Assembly: GCA_963823655.1 (NCBI GenBank)
Contig: CAWGMK010000012.1
Location: 64,001 to 128,000 of the forward strand
Origin: an uncultured Bacillota bacterium
GTDB lineage: Bacteria; Bacillota; DTU025; MWDF01
DNA length: 64,000 nt
Direction: 5' to 3'
Part shown: piece by piece, positions 1-11,565 of the stretch
How positions within the stretch are numbered: the first letter of the stretch is position 1
Layout of the letters: every line of letters begins with the position of its first letter
Notes under the pieces: generated by a model
What the model saw: only the letters and a program-made list of their open reading frames with translations
The model's database searches: none
Told to the model about the DNA's origin: nothing
Program-made: the position numbers and the translations under genes

Positions 1-72
1 GGCAAGATGTACAGAAGGTTCATGCGCCGTTACTTCGGCTAATCATCAAGCACTATTTTGGGAGGGCCTGCG

Positions 73-1005
73 ATGAAATTCGAAATGCCTGACGAGCTTA
101 AATTCCTGGTGAACAGGAACCTTCCCCAGAAGACCAGCACAGCTTCTCTTGCCGGCAAGACCTGCGTTATTGCCGGCGCTACCTCAGGCGTCGGCCTTGA
201 GGCCGCGAAGTGCATCGCTGCCAGGGGCGCACATCTTGTTATCATCGGACGCAACCCTGAGAAGGCCGAGCGCGTAAGCAGTCAGCTCAAGGCCGCATTT
301 GGCGTTACAGTCGACATCGTAATCGCAGACTTTAGCGACCTGGAGCAGGTGCGAAAAGCAGCGCACAAGATCCTTGCGCAATACCCCCGCGTCGACATAC
401 TCATCAACAGCGCAGGCTTATATGACACGACAAGGAAGCTCACATCGGAGGGCTTCGAGATGGTCTTTTGCGTAAACCACCTCGCATCTTTCCTGCTCAC
501 CTATATGCTGCTGGACAGGATGAAGCAGAGCGCCCCCTCTCGCATAATCCAGGTCAACTCCGAGGGCCATCGCTTCAACGGCCTGAACCCGGATGACCTG
601 AACTGGAAGAAGAGGTTCTACACTGGGCTTAGAGGCTACGGCGCGTCGAAGACGGCCCAGCTTCTAACGGTCTGGGAGCTTGCAGACATGCTAAAAGGCA
701 GCGGAGTGAGCATCAATGCTATGCACCCCGGCGATGTCAGGACCAATATCGGCAACAACAACGGGCCCCTGTACAGGTTCTTCCTTCATAACTTCACCTG
801 GCACATGTTAAGAGATCCCAAGATGTCGGGCGAGGCGATCTGCTACCTTGCCTCAGCACCTGAGCTTGCTGACGTGAGCGGACGCTTCTTCCATATGACC
901 AATGAAGAAAAGCCCGCCCCTCACGCGATGAATCGCACAGTGGGCAGGCGCATATGGGATCTTACTATGGAGATGACCGGACTTAAGGGCAAACAGCCCT
1001 CTTAA
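73..1005 (+). CDS. Short-chain dehydrogenase/reductase (retinol-dehydrogenase-like)
   Basis: GATSGVG Rossmann motif, NSAG, YGASK catalytic YxxxK, HPGDV; GGAGG RBS at 61-65 before ATG 73. Confidence 0.9.
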   Translation: MKFEMPDELKFLVNRNLPQKTSTASLAGKTCVIAGATSGVGLEAAKCIAARGAHLVIIGRNPEKAERVSSQLKAAFGVTVDIVIADFSDLEQVRKAAHKILAQYPRVDILINSAGLYDTTRKLTSEGFEMVFCVNHLASFLLTYMLLDRMKQSAPSRIIQVNSEGHRFNGLNPDDLNWKKRFYTGLRGYGASKTAQLLTVWELADMLKGSGVSINAMHPGDVRTNIGNNNGPLYRFFLHNFTWHMLRDPKMSGEAICYLASAPELADVSGRFFHMTNEEKPAPHAMNRTVGRRIWDLTMEMTGLKGKQPS

Positions 1006-1030
1006 CCGTCAACTGTCCTGCCGGCCTCGC

Positions 1031-2641
1031 CTATTTTACGCTCTTAATCACGCTATCGGCCGCAAGCTTGCCCGTTAGTATGGATATCGGCAGCCCGGAC
1101 GGGCTGAATACCCATTGCCCCGCCTGCAAAACATCGGGAATTGGCGTCAATATGGATGATGCAACCTTCGGCAGGCTGCTTACCGCAGGTATGGGCTTGT
1201 TCGTGAAGGACCAGCCCGTTATGGCCCCGTCCGTATTTCCCGTGATGCGCTGAAGCGTCAGGGGAGTGGATGTGAACTTATCCATTACCATGTCCTTAAG
1301 CCCCGGGTAGATCGACGCTTCCAGCACGCCGATAATCGTCTTTTCGCAGAACGACTTGAACTCGTCATACCAGCCCATATCGCTGATGTGCTTCACCAGC
1401 GGGTAGTCGATTAGAGAGCTTACTATAAGGCCTGTCGTGCCGTCCGGCGCCATGTCGGCATCCCTTAGAACCGGGCACGATATTTCATACGTAGTCAGCT
1501 CGAGATACTGCCTCACCCAATCGAACAGGGCTGCCTTGTTGGTTATGTATTCCCGCTCGGCCTCATTGAAGCGCCCCGGCTCCATAATCTCGGGCAGGAT
1601 GTCGGTAAGGCCCTTCTTCTTTGGCGTATAGAAGAAGTGGGGATTGGACTTCTGGGCGAAATAGCCCTTATCAACATCGAGCGTCAGGTACAGCGTAAGG
1701 ATAAAATCTCCGCCGATCTTGTCCGCGATTGCCGACTTCTGTGCCTCGGCCAGGCCGCGCGCCTTCACATCCGGAATCGTCGCCAGATCCGCCAGCGAAT
1801 AGAGCTTCTTCATGTCCGCCGCCCAGACCAGCTTCTTGTAGCCATATGCGATGCCCAGAGTATCTACTGCCTGCTTTTGCGCAAGGTCCACGCTTCTTAT
1901 CTCGGTGCCTGTCTTGATCTCGCCGCCATGTTCGAGCACGTACTGCGCCATTCTCGCAGAAAGGGCCCCTGTGCCGCCTTTAGGGTACTTGTAATCCAGG
2001 TAGAGGCTGAAGTAGCTCAGGGCGAAGAACGTTGGCGTCTCTTTGAAGAAGTGCTGCGCTATCATGTCGATGAGCGACTGGTTCTTCGTAAATCTGCTCA
2101 AGTACTGGTTCACGGGCATGTTGAGCCTGGATATCTTGGGCATGGTGAACAGGTATTTGAAAAGCCACGGCAACACCGTGTTCAACAGGTATCTAGGGTC
2201 CATCATATTATCCATGAAGAGCGGGTTGTCGATGCCGTAAAGCACATCCATATAATCCATCACGCGCGCAATCTCGCCGCAGATGGCCTTGATGTCGGCC
2301 TCATAGCCAGGGAATGCCCTGTTAAGAAGGCCTTCGTAGTCATTGAGGCTGTCTTTCGAGCTCAGGCGGATCACATCATCCTCAATGCCTATAGAGACAT
2401 CGTTCTTCACAACATCAAGATCGATTCCAAGCTGCCTGAGCATGGGGAAGATGATGCCCGAGCTCTCCAGCGCCCGGATGCCGCCGTCGAACAGGAAGCC
2501 ATCGAATTCGAAGGTGTTAACAAGGCCTCCGATCTTGTCCTCCTTCTCGACTACGAGGACTTTAAGGCCTGCCCGGCACATATAGGCGGCTGAGGTCAGC
2601 CCGGCCATACCGCCGCCGACGATTACGCAATCGTACTTCAT
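1031..2641 (-). CDS. FAD-dependent oxidoreductase, phytoene desaturase-like (COG1233) family
   Basis: N-terminal VIVGGGMAGL...VVEKEDKIGG, YPKGG, C-terminal AGQW..GLP...TG. Confidence 0.85.
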   Translation of the reverse strand: MKYDCVIVGGGMAGLTSAAYMCRAGLKVLVVEKEDKIGGLVNTFEFDGFLFDGGIRALESSGIIFPMLRQLGIDLDVVKNDVSIGIEDDVIRLSSKDSLNDYEGLLNRAFPGYEADIKAICGEIARVMDYMDVLYGIDNPLFMDNMMDPRYLLNTVLPWLFKYLFTMPKISRLNMPVNQYLSRFTKNQSLIDMIAQHFFKETPTFFALSYFSLYLDYKYPKGGTGALSARMAQYVLEHGGEIKTGTEIRSVDLAQKQAVDTLGIAYGYKKLVWAADMKKLYSLADLATIPDVKARGLAEAQKSAIADKIGGDFILTLYLTLDVDKGYFAQKSNPHFFYTPKKKGLTDILPEIMEPGRFNEAEREYITNKAALFDWVRQYLELTTYEISCPVLRDADMAPDGTTGLIVSSLIDYPLVKHISDMGWYDEFKSFCEKTIIGVLEASIYPGLKDMVMDKFTSTPLTLQRITGNTDGAITGWSFTNKPIPAVSSLPKVASSILTPIPDVLQAGQWVFSPSGLPISILTGKLAADSVIKSVK

Positions 2642-2758
2642 CGCTTACCCCCGGAACAAATTAATAAATAGGAAGAAATCCCATGCCCATTATTATAGCA
2701 AAGCATGCGGATTTTGGAATGGTTGGCTAATCTGTGGCCACAACTGAGGAAACTCCTG

Positions 2759-3741
2759 TTAGTTGTATGCCTTCAGCACGTTGAGGGCCTTTAGCGTTAT
2801 CCACTTCGATGGCGCGCCCTTCTTCTCTATGTCGAGGTGCATCTTCCCGTTGTTGGAGTTCTCCATCTTCCATTTGCCGTCCGCGCCGCGCTTGCCGGCA
2901 AGTATGGCTATGGCATCAGCTAATCTGGGATCACTTATGCCCAGATCGGTCATTAGCCCCAATAGCTCCAGGATGTCAGTCTGATACATGAGAGGGAAGC
3001 CCAGCCTCAACCATCCGGGCCGCGAAACCTCGTCCAGGCTGTGGCTCTTTTTGTACAGGTGGTGCTTGAGGAAGTACTCCGCAAGCTCTCCTATCTTGGC
3101 ATTCACCTCCGGCCGTGCGCTTCTCGTGCAGGAATGGCCGCCAAGCCCTTCAAAGCCTTGGCAACGCCCATGTGGCAGGAGTGGCGGCCAAAGCACATCT
3201 CAAATCTCTCGTAGTACTTGCCGGCAGGGCCTTTCTCTATGCCATCGTCGGCCCTCTGGTGCTTTATGATCCAGCCAATCGCCTCCTGTACCCGCTCATC
3301 CTCAAGAAAACCGAGCTTGATGAGGCTATAAACCATATTGCCGGTGAGGCAGGGGATTACGCCGCTGGCAAGGCCGGTCATGGTCTTCGCGCTCCGGGAG
3401 ACGGAGAAGCCGCTGCTCTCAGGATCCTGCGAGTTAGACAGCATGAACTCGCAGGCTCTTCTCACCCTGGCATCTTCGCCGGATGCCCCAAGTTCTGCAA
3501 GTACCAGCAGCGTCCATGATGAGCCGGTGTACTTGTCCGTGTAGTATCTTTCCGGCTCGCCCCAGGAGCCGTCCTCGTTTTGAAGGCCCAGTATATGTGA
3601 AACTGCGCCGCTATGCATGAGCGCCCTTCGCGCCTGCAAAGCCACAGGTGAATTGGAGGGCTCACCCAGCAGGGACGTCAGCGCAAAGAACCTAACTGAC
3701 GGGTTGTTGTCTTCTAGTAGCCAGTCGACTACGCTATTCAT
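2759..3741 (-). CDS. Prenyltransferase/squalene-oxidase repeat (alpha/alpha barrel) protein, frameshifted near 3110-3130
   Basis: ORFs 3103-3789 and 2759-3196 join; QNEDGSW and QRADDG repeats, FPLMYQTDILE, SKWITL. Confidence 0.7.
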
Positions 3742-3954
3742 CGCAGGACAGCCCCTTTCCGTCCGGAAATTCGAGCAGGAGGACAGCACGCAGTTAATAA
3801 TTCATCGAAAGTAGGGATTTCCCTTTTCGGCTCCCGTTTTGTGGCGGAAAATGGATCGCCTTTCCTTCCCCTATACAAAAGAAAGAGCAGGGAGAGGGGC
3901 TGAAAGTCCCCTCTCTATCTGCTCAAAGCGATATTTGGTTTGCGCTTTCGCACA

Positions 3955-5436
3955 TCAGTATTTCGGCAGATTGACGAGCTTGCCGTTGATCAGGAACTGG
4001 CCTGAAGAATTAGCCCTCGCCATTATCAGCGCCATTCCCCCGTTGAGCTCGACTAATATCTCCTTTGAATCCGTGCCGACGAAGCTTGCCGGGCCGCTAA
4101 TCGTAATATGGGCCGTGAATGACTCCTTGAGCAGTTCCCCGGAAAGGCCTGTGATCCTTATAGTTACCAGGAAGTCGCGCCCGACTTGGATCGAAGATGG
4201 CACGATGATGTCGAAGGAGACCATCTGCGATACCTGGGGTTTCGACACCGAATCCCCGCTGTCCACGAAGACGCTGGTGACGCCCCTTGGGACATCATCG
4301 GCCAGCTGGAAGAGCACTTCCGTGTCGGAGTAGGAGATGGGATCTGCAAGGTAGCTTCCTTCATCGGTGACCAGCACCACATGCGGCTCTATCGGTATGT
4401 TCCTCGATGATAGGGCGGTTCCCCTGAGCCTCAGGCTTGTGCCCGTGAAGCACATGCTCGGCAGGTCTTCGATCACTGCCTCCGAGCCCTGCCCGATGCC
4501 CGAGAGCACGGCCATGAGGGAGTAATCCCCCTGCCTGCCGTCAGTCATCGTGGAGAAGACCTTCCAAAGCCCGGTCGTAAGCACCCCAGGGGGTATACTC
4601 CATCTGCCATCCTCGTCCAAGGGAACTTCGACCCTTTTGCCCTCAGTAGACTCTGCGACGACATAGGCGGTTGCGATTATCGCCTCGGGCTTATCCTCGA
4701 CCGAGCCTCCGATCGCATATCCCGAAGTGCAGGTGGTAGGCGCTATTACGTCAGGAGGCGGGGGAGTGATTAAGGTGGTCCCGAGTGAGGGGCCCCAATC
4801 ACCTTTGGCGGCAACCCACAAGTATCTGTCCACCGTCACGGAGCCGTCCTGCATTTGGCTATAGACTGTTTTCTCCGCCGCATTGCCGTCCTTGTCGGGT
4901 TTGATCTCCGCCTTCTCCGTTTCCGCCTTCTTTTCAGGGGCTTTGTCACGTCTCAAAGAGTAGCCGGTGTAGTAGATCTTGCCCTTCTCCTCGAGGTAAT
5001 AGTCTGTCCATATGCCTTCGGGGACCCTTTTCGTTATCTCTTTCTGCTCCCAGACCGTCTTATTGCCCTTGGCATCCGTTTTCTCATTCCTGCGTATTTT
5101 GACCTTGTCGTCGCCCTTCTCCTCGGTTGACCATAGATGCGTGCTCGTGGACACCACTTTTCCGTCTTCTTTGATGACGTCCACAAGGCGCTCCTCCTTG
5201 ACTACCGTGCCGTCCTCTCTCGTATACTCCCTCTTCTCGTGCGTCATGGTGCTCTCCCTGCCGGAGGCCATAACGGTTGTATCCTGCGCGGGGTCATGAG
5301 GCACGACCTGCTGCCAGGGGGGAGGGTCGGTGGCGGCCGCCAGCCCTGATATGGCTAGTAGCAGCAAGAGGCATGATATGGCAATGAAAAGGGCGTAAGC
5401 CCGCGTATTCCTGTCATTTGGCGCGTTCAAGAACAT
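3955..5436 (-). CDS. Secreted multidomain protein with Pro-rich linker and probable Ig/IPT-like C-terminal domains
   Basis: GGGAGG RBS then ATG 5436; hydrophobic signal ending in LAAA; TPPPP linker; beta-rich C-terminal part. Confidence 0.65.
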   Translation of the reverse strand: MFLNAPNDRNTRAYALFIAISCLLLLLAISGLAAATDPPPWQQVVPHDPAQDTTVMASGRESTMTHEKREYTREDGTVVKEERLVDVIKEDGKVVSTSTHLWSTEEKGDDKVKIRRNEKTDAKGNKTVWEQKEITKRVPEGIWTDYYLEEKGKIYYTGYSLRRDKAPEKKAETEKAEIKPDKDGNAAEKTVYSQMQDGSVTVDRYLWVAAKGDWGPSLGTTLITPPPPDVIAPTTCTSGYAIGGSVEDKPEAIIATAYVVAESTEGKRVEVPLDEDGRWSIPPGVLTTGLWKVFSTMTDGRQGDYSLMAVLSGIGQGSEAVIEDLPSMCFTGTSLRLRGTALSSRNIPIEPHVVLVTDEGSYLADPISYSDTEVLFQLADDVPRGVTSVFVDSGDSVSKPQVSQMVSFDIIVPSSIQVGRDFLVTIRITGLSGELLKESFTAHITISGPASFVGTDSKEILVELNGGMALIMARANSSGQFLINGKLVNLPKY

Positions 5437-5687
5437 CAACCTCCCGTGCGTGTCCGGCACTTCTACAGTCGCCCTCCACACGCAGTAATTATTCTTTATC
5501 GGAATAGTTTATCCTTCAAATAGAAGTGTGAGGGTAAAGGCGCATTGGCTGAATATGCGCTTATAGACCCCATTATGATAAACGCAGAAATTGCATTAAT
5601 AGTAAGCCGGGGAGGGTCCAATATGATGAAGGGCACGCCGTCCTTATGGCATGCCCTCTGCAGAGATTGCCTATGCGAATAGCCTTT

Positions 5688-6334
5688 CTAGTACGGGTTG
5701 GAGTAGACGCTGTCCTGGAACTTGACGCTTATGCTCTTTATGTGGACATAGTGTTCCCCATCCTCCTGGTTGATGCCGAAATTGGGGAAGAATACATCGT
5801 AGTCGTAGCTTGAATAGGTGAAGCTGGAGAACATCTTGCCGTTAAGGTAGGCTTTAAGATTCCTTCCGGTCTTGACCAACTTGAACACATTGTCGCCGTG
5901 CATATTGAATGCAAGCTCCTCATCGCCCTCATCCACGATAACCAATGGCTGGTTTTCTGCTACCTGGAACCACTCATCTAAAGGATGGCCCACAGAATGG
6001 AAATCATACTCTATCCACTCTGAAAGCGCCGGATTTCCCATATTGAAGATAAAATATATTGAATCAATTAGTTTCTGTCGTATCTATACTGAAGACCGTC
6101 TCCACTGTGAAATTGCCGTCGAAGCCCAGAGGGGATGCGAAAATCTTACCGTCCAGGTAAAGGCCACTGGTACCATCCAGCTCCCCCTCCCAAGGTGCAA
6201 ACCAGTCTACTCTTTTCCAATCGTCAAGCCCGGATGCAGTAGTAAAATCCACGGACCAGGTGGCTCCGCACCCCTGCTGAAGCAGGGCGAAACCCAACAG
6301 CATGAAATATCGCTGCAATGCGCATCGGTTTCAT
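5688..6334 (-). CDS. Lipoprotein of the window-wide unknown family A, frameshifted
   Basis: Fragments 6064-6318 and 5688-6041; GC-ATWSVDF, SPLGFDGNFTV, YLNG match the paralogues at 12250 and 13080. Confidence 0.6.
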
Positions 6335-6583
6335 AGCCTGATCACCTCCCGGCGAAGATATTCTACCAATATTGTATATTTCCTTTATTGGATAATACCC
6401 GGACTAGGCCTTTTAATGCCCATACCCAGCAGGACTGCTTCTCTGCAAGAATAGGAAATAGAAGTTGGCTTCGAGGATAGGAAACGCTGCCTCTAAAATT
6501 GGAGGCAGCGTTGAAGTGCATTATGATCGTTCTTCTTGGACCAAGCCTTATCGGGGGCAATGGCTGCTTATTGCCGCAACAGG

Positions 6584-7352
6584 CTATAATTCATCCAATT
6601 CCGGCATTATTGATTCACCCGGTTGCGAGGATACGTAACGGATCTCGTTCATCCACCACTCTATAGAATCCGCGATGGAGTCGCCGTCCTCGTCTATTGG
6701 CTCGCCGCCTTCAACTCCGTCGTCCAATAGGAAGGAATTCAAGAGCGTCCGACCATCATTTGCCCTGATGAGGGCCGCGTTAGTCGCGGGCGTGATGACG
6801 CTGAATACGGCGATTATTTCGCCGCTTCCCACTGCCGAGCCCGGGAAACCGTTGTTCGGATGATTATCGTCTGCACCCAGGAAAACAAGCTCAGGGGCTG
6901 CGTGCGGCCTCTTCCATATCTCATCTGTAAAGTTGATCTTGTATATTGATTTGGGGATCAGATTTGATGCACCTTCTTTGTGGTATCCGAGCTTTGCCCA
7001 CAAGGCCATGGTTGGCCATTCGCCGATGTTCATGGTGCTTACTACCGCCCTTGCGCCTCTAGTGACGAAGTCGTCGATTAAAGGGAGGGCCCCGCTCTCA
7101 GGATCAGGCGATGCAGGGTTGTCAAAGACCAGAAGATCCCACGCCTTTGACTGGAACACGGTGACGAATTCCCCCATGGTGTCTACTTCGATATAGGCGT
7201 AATTGAGCCTTTCCAGTGCCTCTCTCGCAAAATGGTTCTCGGAATTGTCATATAGCAGGACTTGCTTGGGGCCGCAGCCCGACAAGCTGAATGACAGTAT
7301 TAGAAGCAGAACCGTAACTGCCGCTGCTCTGATCTATTCTATCAATACTCAT
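6584..7352 (-). CDS. Lipoprotein of unknown family B (indel in the signal region)
   Basis: LSGC lipobox; LLYD..HFA.EAL, WDL.V.DNP, C-terminal DEDGDSIADSIEWWMNEI. Confidence 0.65.
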
Positions 7353-7592
7353 ACCGTGACCTCCTATTCGCACTGTTTCCTATCAGATTTTACAAATCTG
7401 GAAAATGACCTTCAATAACCCGGAAACTAGCGAAATGAATCAGGGCATGATTGCTTTGCAAAAGTATATCTGTTGCAATCGGGCGGAACACGTCAGGTCA
7501 TATTTGGCTTGATTAAGGATGACAGAAAGCCGTCGCCCCGTAATAATGCGGGACGACGGCCGAACAGGTCGAATATCAGCGGCTGAACGCTA

Positions 7593-8395
7593 TTAGTTGT
7601 TGGCTTCCGCACCCTCCGATATACCAACACCGCCCAAAGGCAGGATCGGCATCACGGATTTGCCGGACTGCGCTGCGACGAATGAGATCTCATTCATCCA
7701 ATACTCTACTGAGTCTCCCATTCCGTCGCCATCCCTGTCCATCGGCAAGCCGCCCTCGATACCGTCATCAAGAAGGAAGGCGTTGAAAATGGTTCGCCCG
7801 TTGTTGGCGATGAACAGCGCGCCTGTGGTGGTAGGGTTATCGGTGTCAAACACTGCCAGGATATCGCCATCACCGGTTTCCGAACCCGGGAAGCCATGTG
7901 TGCCATATTCTGTCGTCGCCACCAAATTCCAACCACAGATGCGGCAGTACATTCGGTTCATTCCATAGGGAGTGCGCAGGTTGGAGCTTGAATATCGTCT
8001 TGGCGGCAGCGTATTCAGTACCCTCCTCAGCCCATCCTAGCTCCTCCCACAATGGCCAATCGGAATGGGGCATTGTTTGCCAAGAACTGATAACCAGGCG
8101 TCCGCCCTTTGTTACGAAATCGTACAGAATCGCGCCGGTCCCGTAGGCTGTATCTTGCCAGTAAGGATTATCTGAAACTATGAGGTCCCATTTCTGTGAA
8201 AGCAATGTAGCTGCGAAAGTCCTCCATGGTGGTGACTGTGGTAAAGCTATATGCGAGTTCGGTTAGCGCTTCGGCTGCAAAATGGCTGTTTGAATCGTCA
8301 TAGAGCAGGATTGCCTTCGGCTTACAGCCTGACAGCTGCACCAGCATGAATGCGACAATTGCGACAATAAGCACGGTCCTAACAAATCTATACAT
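7593..8395 (-). CDS. Lipoprotein of unknown family B, paralogue of 6584-7352, split into three frames
   Basis: LSGC lipobox; ILLYDDSNSHFAAEAL; WDLIVSDNP; DRDGDGMGDSVEYWMNEI. Confidence 0.65.
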
Positions 8396-8636
8396 AGTTT
8401 TATTTATACCTCCTTATATATTGGAATAAGGAATAGTTCTATAAATGAGCTGTAAAACCTCTTTGCTTAACGAGTTATCAATTCTAGGGCATAAGGAAGA
8501 GCATACTGGAGTAAGCACATAATCGGGCGTTCTCTGAGGGAATTGTCCATGTAAAAGCCCATTATGCTTTACGCCTCTTGCAATATCCTGTTATGGGCTA
8601 TACTTACTTATCATATCCAAAGGAAGGGAAGGGCGT

Positions 8637-9389
8637 ATGGCGACAATAAGGCAGCTAGGTAGAAGCATAATGGTCATTGCCCTTATATCTCTGCTTGTGG
8701 GGGCAAAGACAATCGGAGCGGCGCCTGCTTTTGAACAGGCGGACCTTCTTTATGGCATGCGGTACGACATCAAGAATGTGGAGGCTGCCATTGAGATCCT
8801 GGGCTCAGACGAGGCCAGGAAGGCAGGGGCATACGAAGCCGACTGGCGCCTCTCCCGCATATACTGGTACCTGGGGGATAAGGCTCTTGGCAAGGAGAGG
8901 CTGAAGCTCTTCGAGAAGGCAAAATCCTATTCGGAAAAAGCTGTGGCTGAGAGGCCAAACGGCTTTGAAGGCCACTACTGGCTCGCCTCTTCAATGGGCA
9001 GCGTCGCTTTGGAGAAAGGCGCCCTGTACGTAATAATCGATTCGTCCAGGATCAGGGCGGAGATCGAAAGGTGCATCACCATTTCTCCCTCAAACCCGGA
9101 AGCTCGAAACCTCCATGCAATATTCCTCTGGAAGCTGCCGGGCCTGTTCGGCGGCAATCTTGCGAAGGCCGAGGAAGAATCGAAGTTAGCAGTCAAGCTT
9201 GATCCCGACAACCCCGTCTACTGGGGCGTATTGGGAAACATACTGGAGCTCAGGGAGAACTACCCCGGCGCCAGGGAAGCCTTTCGAAAGGTCCTGGCGC
9301 TGCCTGACCGCACCGACGACCCGATAGAGAACGAACATTTCAAATCCGAGGCGAGGGCCGCTCTTAAACGCATGGAGGGCAAGAAGTAA
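8637..9389 (+). CDS. Secreted tetratricopeptide-repeat protein
   Basis: Signal peptide; TPR-like helices (WRLSRIYWYLG, GHYWLA, AVKLDPDNP). Confidence 0.75.
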   Translation: MATIRQLGRSIMVIALISLLVGAKTIGAAPAFEQADLLYGMRYDIKNVEAAIEILGSDEARKAGAYEADWRLSRIYWYLGDKALGKERLKLFEKAKSYSEKAVAERPNGFEGHYWLASSMGSVALEKGALYVIIDSSRIRAEIERCITISPSNPEARNLHAIFLWKLPGLFGGNLAKAEEESKLAVKLDPDNPVYWGVLGNILELRENYPGAREAFRKVLALPDRTDDPIENEHFKSEARAALKRMEGKK

Positions 9390-9508
9390 AAAGCAGCTTA
9401 CTTGTTGCCGTCAAGCAGGACAAATAGGACTTGAGTTTGCCTTGGCGCCCCTTTTGTGCTAATAATTCATTAACCGAATCCAAATGACAGCAGACACTGG
9501 AGGAACAG

Positions 9509-10207
9509 ATGGACAGAAAGGTCCAGGCCCTCAAGGCGGCTTTCCCGCATACGGTGCCCATTTTCACGGGCTTCATCTTCCTTGGGATTGCCTACGGGAT
9601 ACTTATGGCGAGCAAGGGCTTCGGCCTGGGCTGGACGCTCCTGATGAGCATCGCAGTCTACGCGGGCTCCATGCAGTATGTGGCAATACCGCTTCTGGCC
9701 TCCTCCTTCAATCCCCTTTACGCGCTGATGATGGCGCTCATCGTCAACGCCCGGCACCTGTTTTACGGCGTCTCGATGCTCAAGAAGTTCGAAGGCACGG
9801 GCAAGTTCAAGCCCTACTTGATCTTCTACATGAGCGATGAGACCTTCTCCGTGCTCTGCTCCACAGAGCCGCCCCCCGGCGTGGACAGGACCTATTTCAT
9901 GGTCTTCGTTACGCTTCTGGACCAGATCTACTGGGCGGTCGGCTCGGCGATCGGCGCGCTTTTGGGCGGGCTTATAAAGTTCAACACACATGGCCTGGAC
10001 TTCGCTCTTACCGCGCTCTTCGTCGTCATATTCCTAAGCCAGTGGGAGGCACAGAAAGAGCACAGGCCCGCCGTAATCGGCCTTGCAAGCTCTGTGCTCT
10101 GCCTGGTGATCCTCGGCAAGGGGAACTTCGTGCTACCCGCCATGGCAACCATACTGATCGTGCTCACTGCTATAAGAGGGCGCATGAAGGAGGGCAGGGC
10201 GGCATGA
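9509..10207 (+). CDS. azlC: Branched-chain amino acid exporter large subunit
   Basis: [31 protein letters not shown] motifs. Confidence 0.92.
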   Translation: MDRKVQALKAAFPHTVPIFTGFIFLGIAYGILMASKGFGLGWTLLMSIAVYAGSMQYVAIPLLASSFNPLYALMMALIVNARHLFYGVSMLKKFEGTGKFKPYLIFYMSDETFSVLCSTEPPPGVDRTYFMVFVTLLDQIYWAVGSAIGALLGGLIKFNTHGLDFALTALFVVIFLSQWEAQKEHRPAVIGLASSVLCLVILGKGNFVLPAMATILIVLTAIRGRMKEGRAA

Positions 10208-10539
10208 TAATGACGACAACCGAGATGCTAATAACCGTCGGTGCCATAATGCTCGGCACAATGGCGACAAGGTTTCTTCCATTCATACTCTTTCCCGAGG
10301 GCAGGACGACTCCGCCTTACATCGTCTACCTGGGAAAAGTGCTTCCATACGCCGTAATCGGCATGCTTGTGGTCTACTGCCTTAAGGCGGTGGACGTGAG
10401 GGCGTTCCCGTACGGCATACCCGAGGCGCTGGCGATTGCCGCCATTGCCATACTGCACGCATGGAAGAAGAACACGCTGCTTAGCATCGGTGCAGGCACC
10501 GTCGTCTACATGCTCCTCGTCCAGCTCGTCTTCATCTAG
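10204..10539 (+). CDS. azlD: Branched-chain amino acid exporter small subunit
   Basis: [33 protein letters not shown]; overlaps the azlC stop. Confidence 0.9.
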   Translation: MIMTTTEMLITVGAIMLGTMATRFLPFILFPEGRTTPPYIVYLGKVLPYAVIGMLVVYCLKAVDVRAFPYGIPEALAIAAIAILHAWKKNTLLSIGAGTVVYMLLVQLVFI

Positions 10540-10653
10540 CAAGCTGCGTTGCTTACGCCTGAAGCCATCCTTCGCTTATAATCTGATTAGGATATTTAGA
10601 GGCGCAGCTTCGAAATACCGGCTGCGCCTTGACCATAAAAGGGAGGGCTAATT

Positions 10654-11502
10654 ATGGCGATACCCGAGATACGCAATGTCAGGAAGACGGTAACCGGAAC
10701 CAGGACTGTGGACGGGGCAGGGGTCAACCTGGTGCGCGTGCTGGGCCGTCCGGACGTCAAGGACTTCGACCCATTCCTTATGCTGGATGCATTCGATTCG
10801 ACCGACCCAAGGGACTACGTAAAGGGTTTCCCGTGGCATCCCCACAGAGGCATCGAGACCGTGACCTACCTGATAAAAGGCGATATAGAGCACGGCGACA
10901 GCCTGAAAAACAGCGGAAGCATCAAAGACGGAGACTGCCAGTGGATGACGGCAGGCTCCGGAATAATCCATCAGGAGATGCCAAAGGCCTGCGACAGGAT
11001 GCTAGGGGCCCAGCTCTGGGTGAACCTTCCTGCAAAATATAAGATGACGGAGCCCAAATATAGGGACATAACATCCGCCATGATACCCGTGATAGAGGAA
11101 GGCTGCGCGACGGTGAGGGTAATATCAGGCCTGTACAAGGGCAAGAAGGGCGCCATGGAGGGCGATTTCGTAAAGCCGCTCTACATAGATCTCGCCTTGA
11201 AGCCGGGGTGCGAGTGGAGCATGCCCACAAAGCCTGAAGATACTGTGTTCGCGTACATAGTGCAGGGCTCGGCCGAGTTCGGCCCCGTCGGCTCTTCGAT
11301 AATCGATGAGAAGCACGCTGTCCTCTTCGACGAGGGTGCAAGCGTTAGGATTAAGGCAACGGAGAAGGGCACAAGGCTTCTGCTTCTTGCGGCGCCGCCC
11401 CTGCATGAGCCGATAGCTTGGGGAGGCCCCATTGTAATGAATACGAGGGAAGAGCTGAGCCAGGCGTTCAAGGACCTGGACGACAACACCTTCATAAAGT
11501 AG
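10654..11502 (+). CDS. Pirin family protein
   Basis: DPFLMLD, GFPWHPHRGIETVTY, WMTAGSGIIHQE, GPIVMNT. Confidence 0.95.
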   Translation: MAIPEIRNVRKTVTGTRTVDGAGVNLVRVLGRPDVKDFDPFLMLDAFDSTDPRDYVKGFPWHPHRGIETVTYLIKGDIEHGDSLKNSGSIKDGDCQWMTAGSGIIHQEMPKACDRMLGAQLWVNLPAKYKMTEPKYRDITSAMIPVIEEGCATVRVISGLYKGKKGAMEGDFVKPLYIDLALKPGCEWSMPTKPEDTVFAYIVQGSAEFGPVGSSIIDEKHAVLFDEGASVRIKATEKGTRLLLLAAPPLHEPIAWGGPIVMNTREELSQAFKDLDDNTFIK

Positions 11503-11565
11503 CCTGCTAAGGAAGAATGGCTTGCATTTGCCGTTAATATGCCAAGCTTAAAGCGGGAGGCGCTC

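Noticed and set aside
73-3741. Carotenoid or hopanoid biosynthetic cluster
   Set aside because: Only broad-family similarity (SDR, COG1233, prenyltransferase repeats); no phytoene or squalene synthase, and the barrel protein is too short for a cyclase.
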